Positions 63,001-64,000 of a stretch of 64,000 nt of DNA are shown piece after piece. The position numbers and the translations under genes were made by a program. Source of the stretch: Chlorobiaceae bacterium (GTDB taxonomy: Bacteria > Bacteroidota > Chlorobiia > Chlorobiales > Chlorobiaceae); NCBI GenBank assembly GCA_013334755.1, contig JAAXWX010000001.1:35920-99919 (forward strand), in the 5' to 3' direction. The notes beneath the pieces are model-generated. The model worked only from the letters and a program-made list of their open reading frames with translations. It was not told the DNA's origin and ran no database searches. The number at the start of each line of letters is the position of its first letter. Position 1 is the stretch's first letter.

Positions 63001-63999
63001 TCAGATGAAAGGATTGTCATGAAATGGAAGTCCAAGTGAACAGGCAACCGCTTTATGAGTCACACGACCACTCCAGGTATTAAGCCCGCCTGAAAGGCCG
63101 GGCACCATCACCATAGCACTTTCAAGACCAAGATCAGCAATTCTTCTGATGTAGGGAAGGGTTGCACCAGTTAGTCCTTCAGTAGAGGTAAGGGGGTATG
63201 CGGCAGGCATATTGGTGACACAATAATGAACAATTCCCTCTTCGATAAATACCGGATTTTCATGGGTTGTCGGACGTGAAGTTTCAAAACATCCTCCCTG
63301 ATCGATAGCTATGTCGACAACAACGGCTCCCCTCTTCATTTTTCGAAGCATTGAGCGGGTAAGGAGTTTCGGAGCAGTCGCACCAGTGACCAGCACCGCA
63401 CCAACGATCAGATCAACATCGGCCAGCATTTCCTCAAGATTCTGTTCATTGGCATAAAGAGTATGTACCTGTGGGGGAAGCAGATTATCAAGTTCACGCA
63501 ATCGTTCCTGATTGATTTCCATGATTGTGACTTCTGCGCCCAGACCAGCTGCAGCTCTGGCTGCATTTGTACCTGCAGAGCCGCCACCAAGAATCAACAC
63601 TTTGCCCGGAAGCACTCCTGGAAGGCCTCCCAGAAGTTTTCCCTCACCACCCTGGTCTCTTGCAAGATAGAAGCCCCCCATTATGATGCTCATTTTTCCG
63701 GCAATTTCACTCATTGGTGTAAGCAAGGGAAGACGACCACCATATTCAATTGTTTCATAGGCTATTGAGGTGGTTTTAGCTGCGATCAAACTGTCTGTCA
63801 GCTCAGGCGCATTGGCCAGATGAAGAAAAGCGAAGAGCATCTGATCCTCTCTGAAGAATTGAAACTCTTGCGCAATGGGTTCCTTGACCTTGACGATAAG
63901 GTCATTTTTCCATACCTCTTCCGGTGAATCGGCAATAACTGCACCTGCACGCCGGTAATTCTCATCATTTAAATGGCTGCCTGAGCCGGCACCACACTC
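63001..63999 (-). CDS. ald: Alanine dehydrogenase (5'-truncated by window edge)
   Basis: Frame open upstream of 63840 (AGSGSHL.DE.Y..AGA, IVKVKEP); LLTPMSEIAG, GGGSAG, GAVLVTGA.AP, DIAIDQGGC, HYCVTNMP. Confidence 0.96.
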   Translation of the reverse strand, partial: ECGAGSGSHLNDENYRRAGAVIADSPEEVWKNDLIVKVKEPIAQEFQFFREDQMLFAFLHLANAPELTDSLIAAKTTSIAYETIEYGGRLPLLTPMSEIAGKMSIIMGGFYLARDQGGEGKLLGGLPGVLPGKVLILGGGSAGTNAARAAAGLGAEVTIMEINQERLRELDNLLPPQVHTLYANEQNLEEMLADVDLIVGAVLVTGATAPKLLTRSMLRKMKRGAVVVDIAIDQGGCFETSRPTTHENPVFIEEGIVHYCVTNMPAAYPLTSTEGLTGATLPYIRRIADLGLESAMVMVPGLSGGLNTWSGRVTHKAVACSLGLPFHDNPFI

Positions 64000-64000
64000 A

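Noticed and set aside
1-64000. CRISPR array, rRNA, tRNA, intact IS/transposase or integrase
   Set aside because: No regularly spaced direct repeats, cloverleaf-like or rRNA-like stretch, or DDE/tyrosine recombinase motif recognised by eye; a covariance-model scan was not possible

Overview
64-kb chromosomal window from a green sulfur bacterium (Chlorobiaceae). The assignment rests on ATP-citrate lyase aclBA, an SqrD-type sulfide:quinone reductase and Chlorobi-style protein sequences; the species cannot be determined from the window. Most of it is housekeeping: ihf/HU (partial), an RRM protein, aclBA, lgt, argCJBFRG plus a displaced argH, lolC/E-like permeases, fba, rpiB, ppk1, pyrC, sqr, rmuC and ald (partial). 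Several accessory patches are interleaved. (i) 10.6-20.6 kb holds two divergent giant PAS/GAF hybrid kinases, a deletion-collapsed AlgB/KinB-like two-component pseudo-operon, an AT-rich islet with an orphan membrane protein, and a GNAT-rubredoxin fusion. (ii) 31.7-36.3 kb is a block between argG and argH carrying ynbE-ydbL-ydbH, DUF169 and a umuD::SRAP remnant joined at a 10-bp microhomology. (iii) Two Prc/CtpA protease paralogs flank tatA and a PmtA-like methyltransferase. The strongest novelty candidate is a stand-alone FtsZ paralog (59798-61039) outside the dcw cluster, with degenerate GTP-binding and catalytic loops but retained C-terminal peptide motifs. Also notable are a NOL/NYC1 (chlorophyll b reductase)-like SDR with Tyr->His at the catalytic position and a binding-protein/diguanylate-cyclase/lolCE operon. 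No rRNA, tRNA, CRISPR array or intact transposase was recognised. All family assignments come from motif recognition by eye, not database searches.
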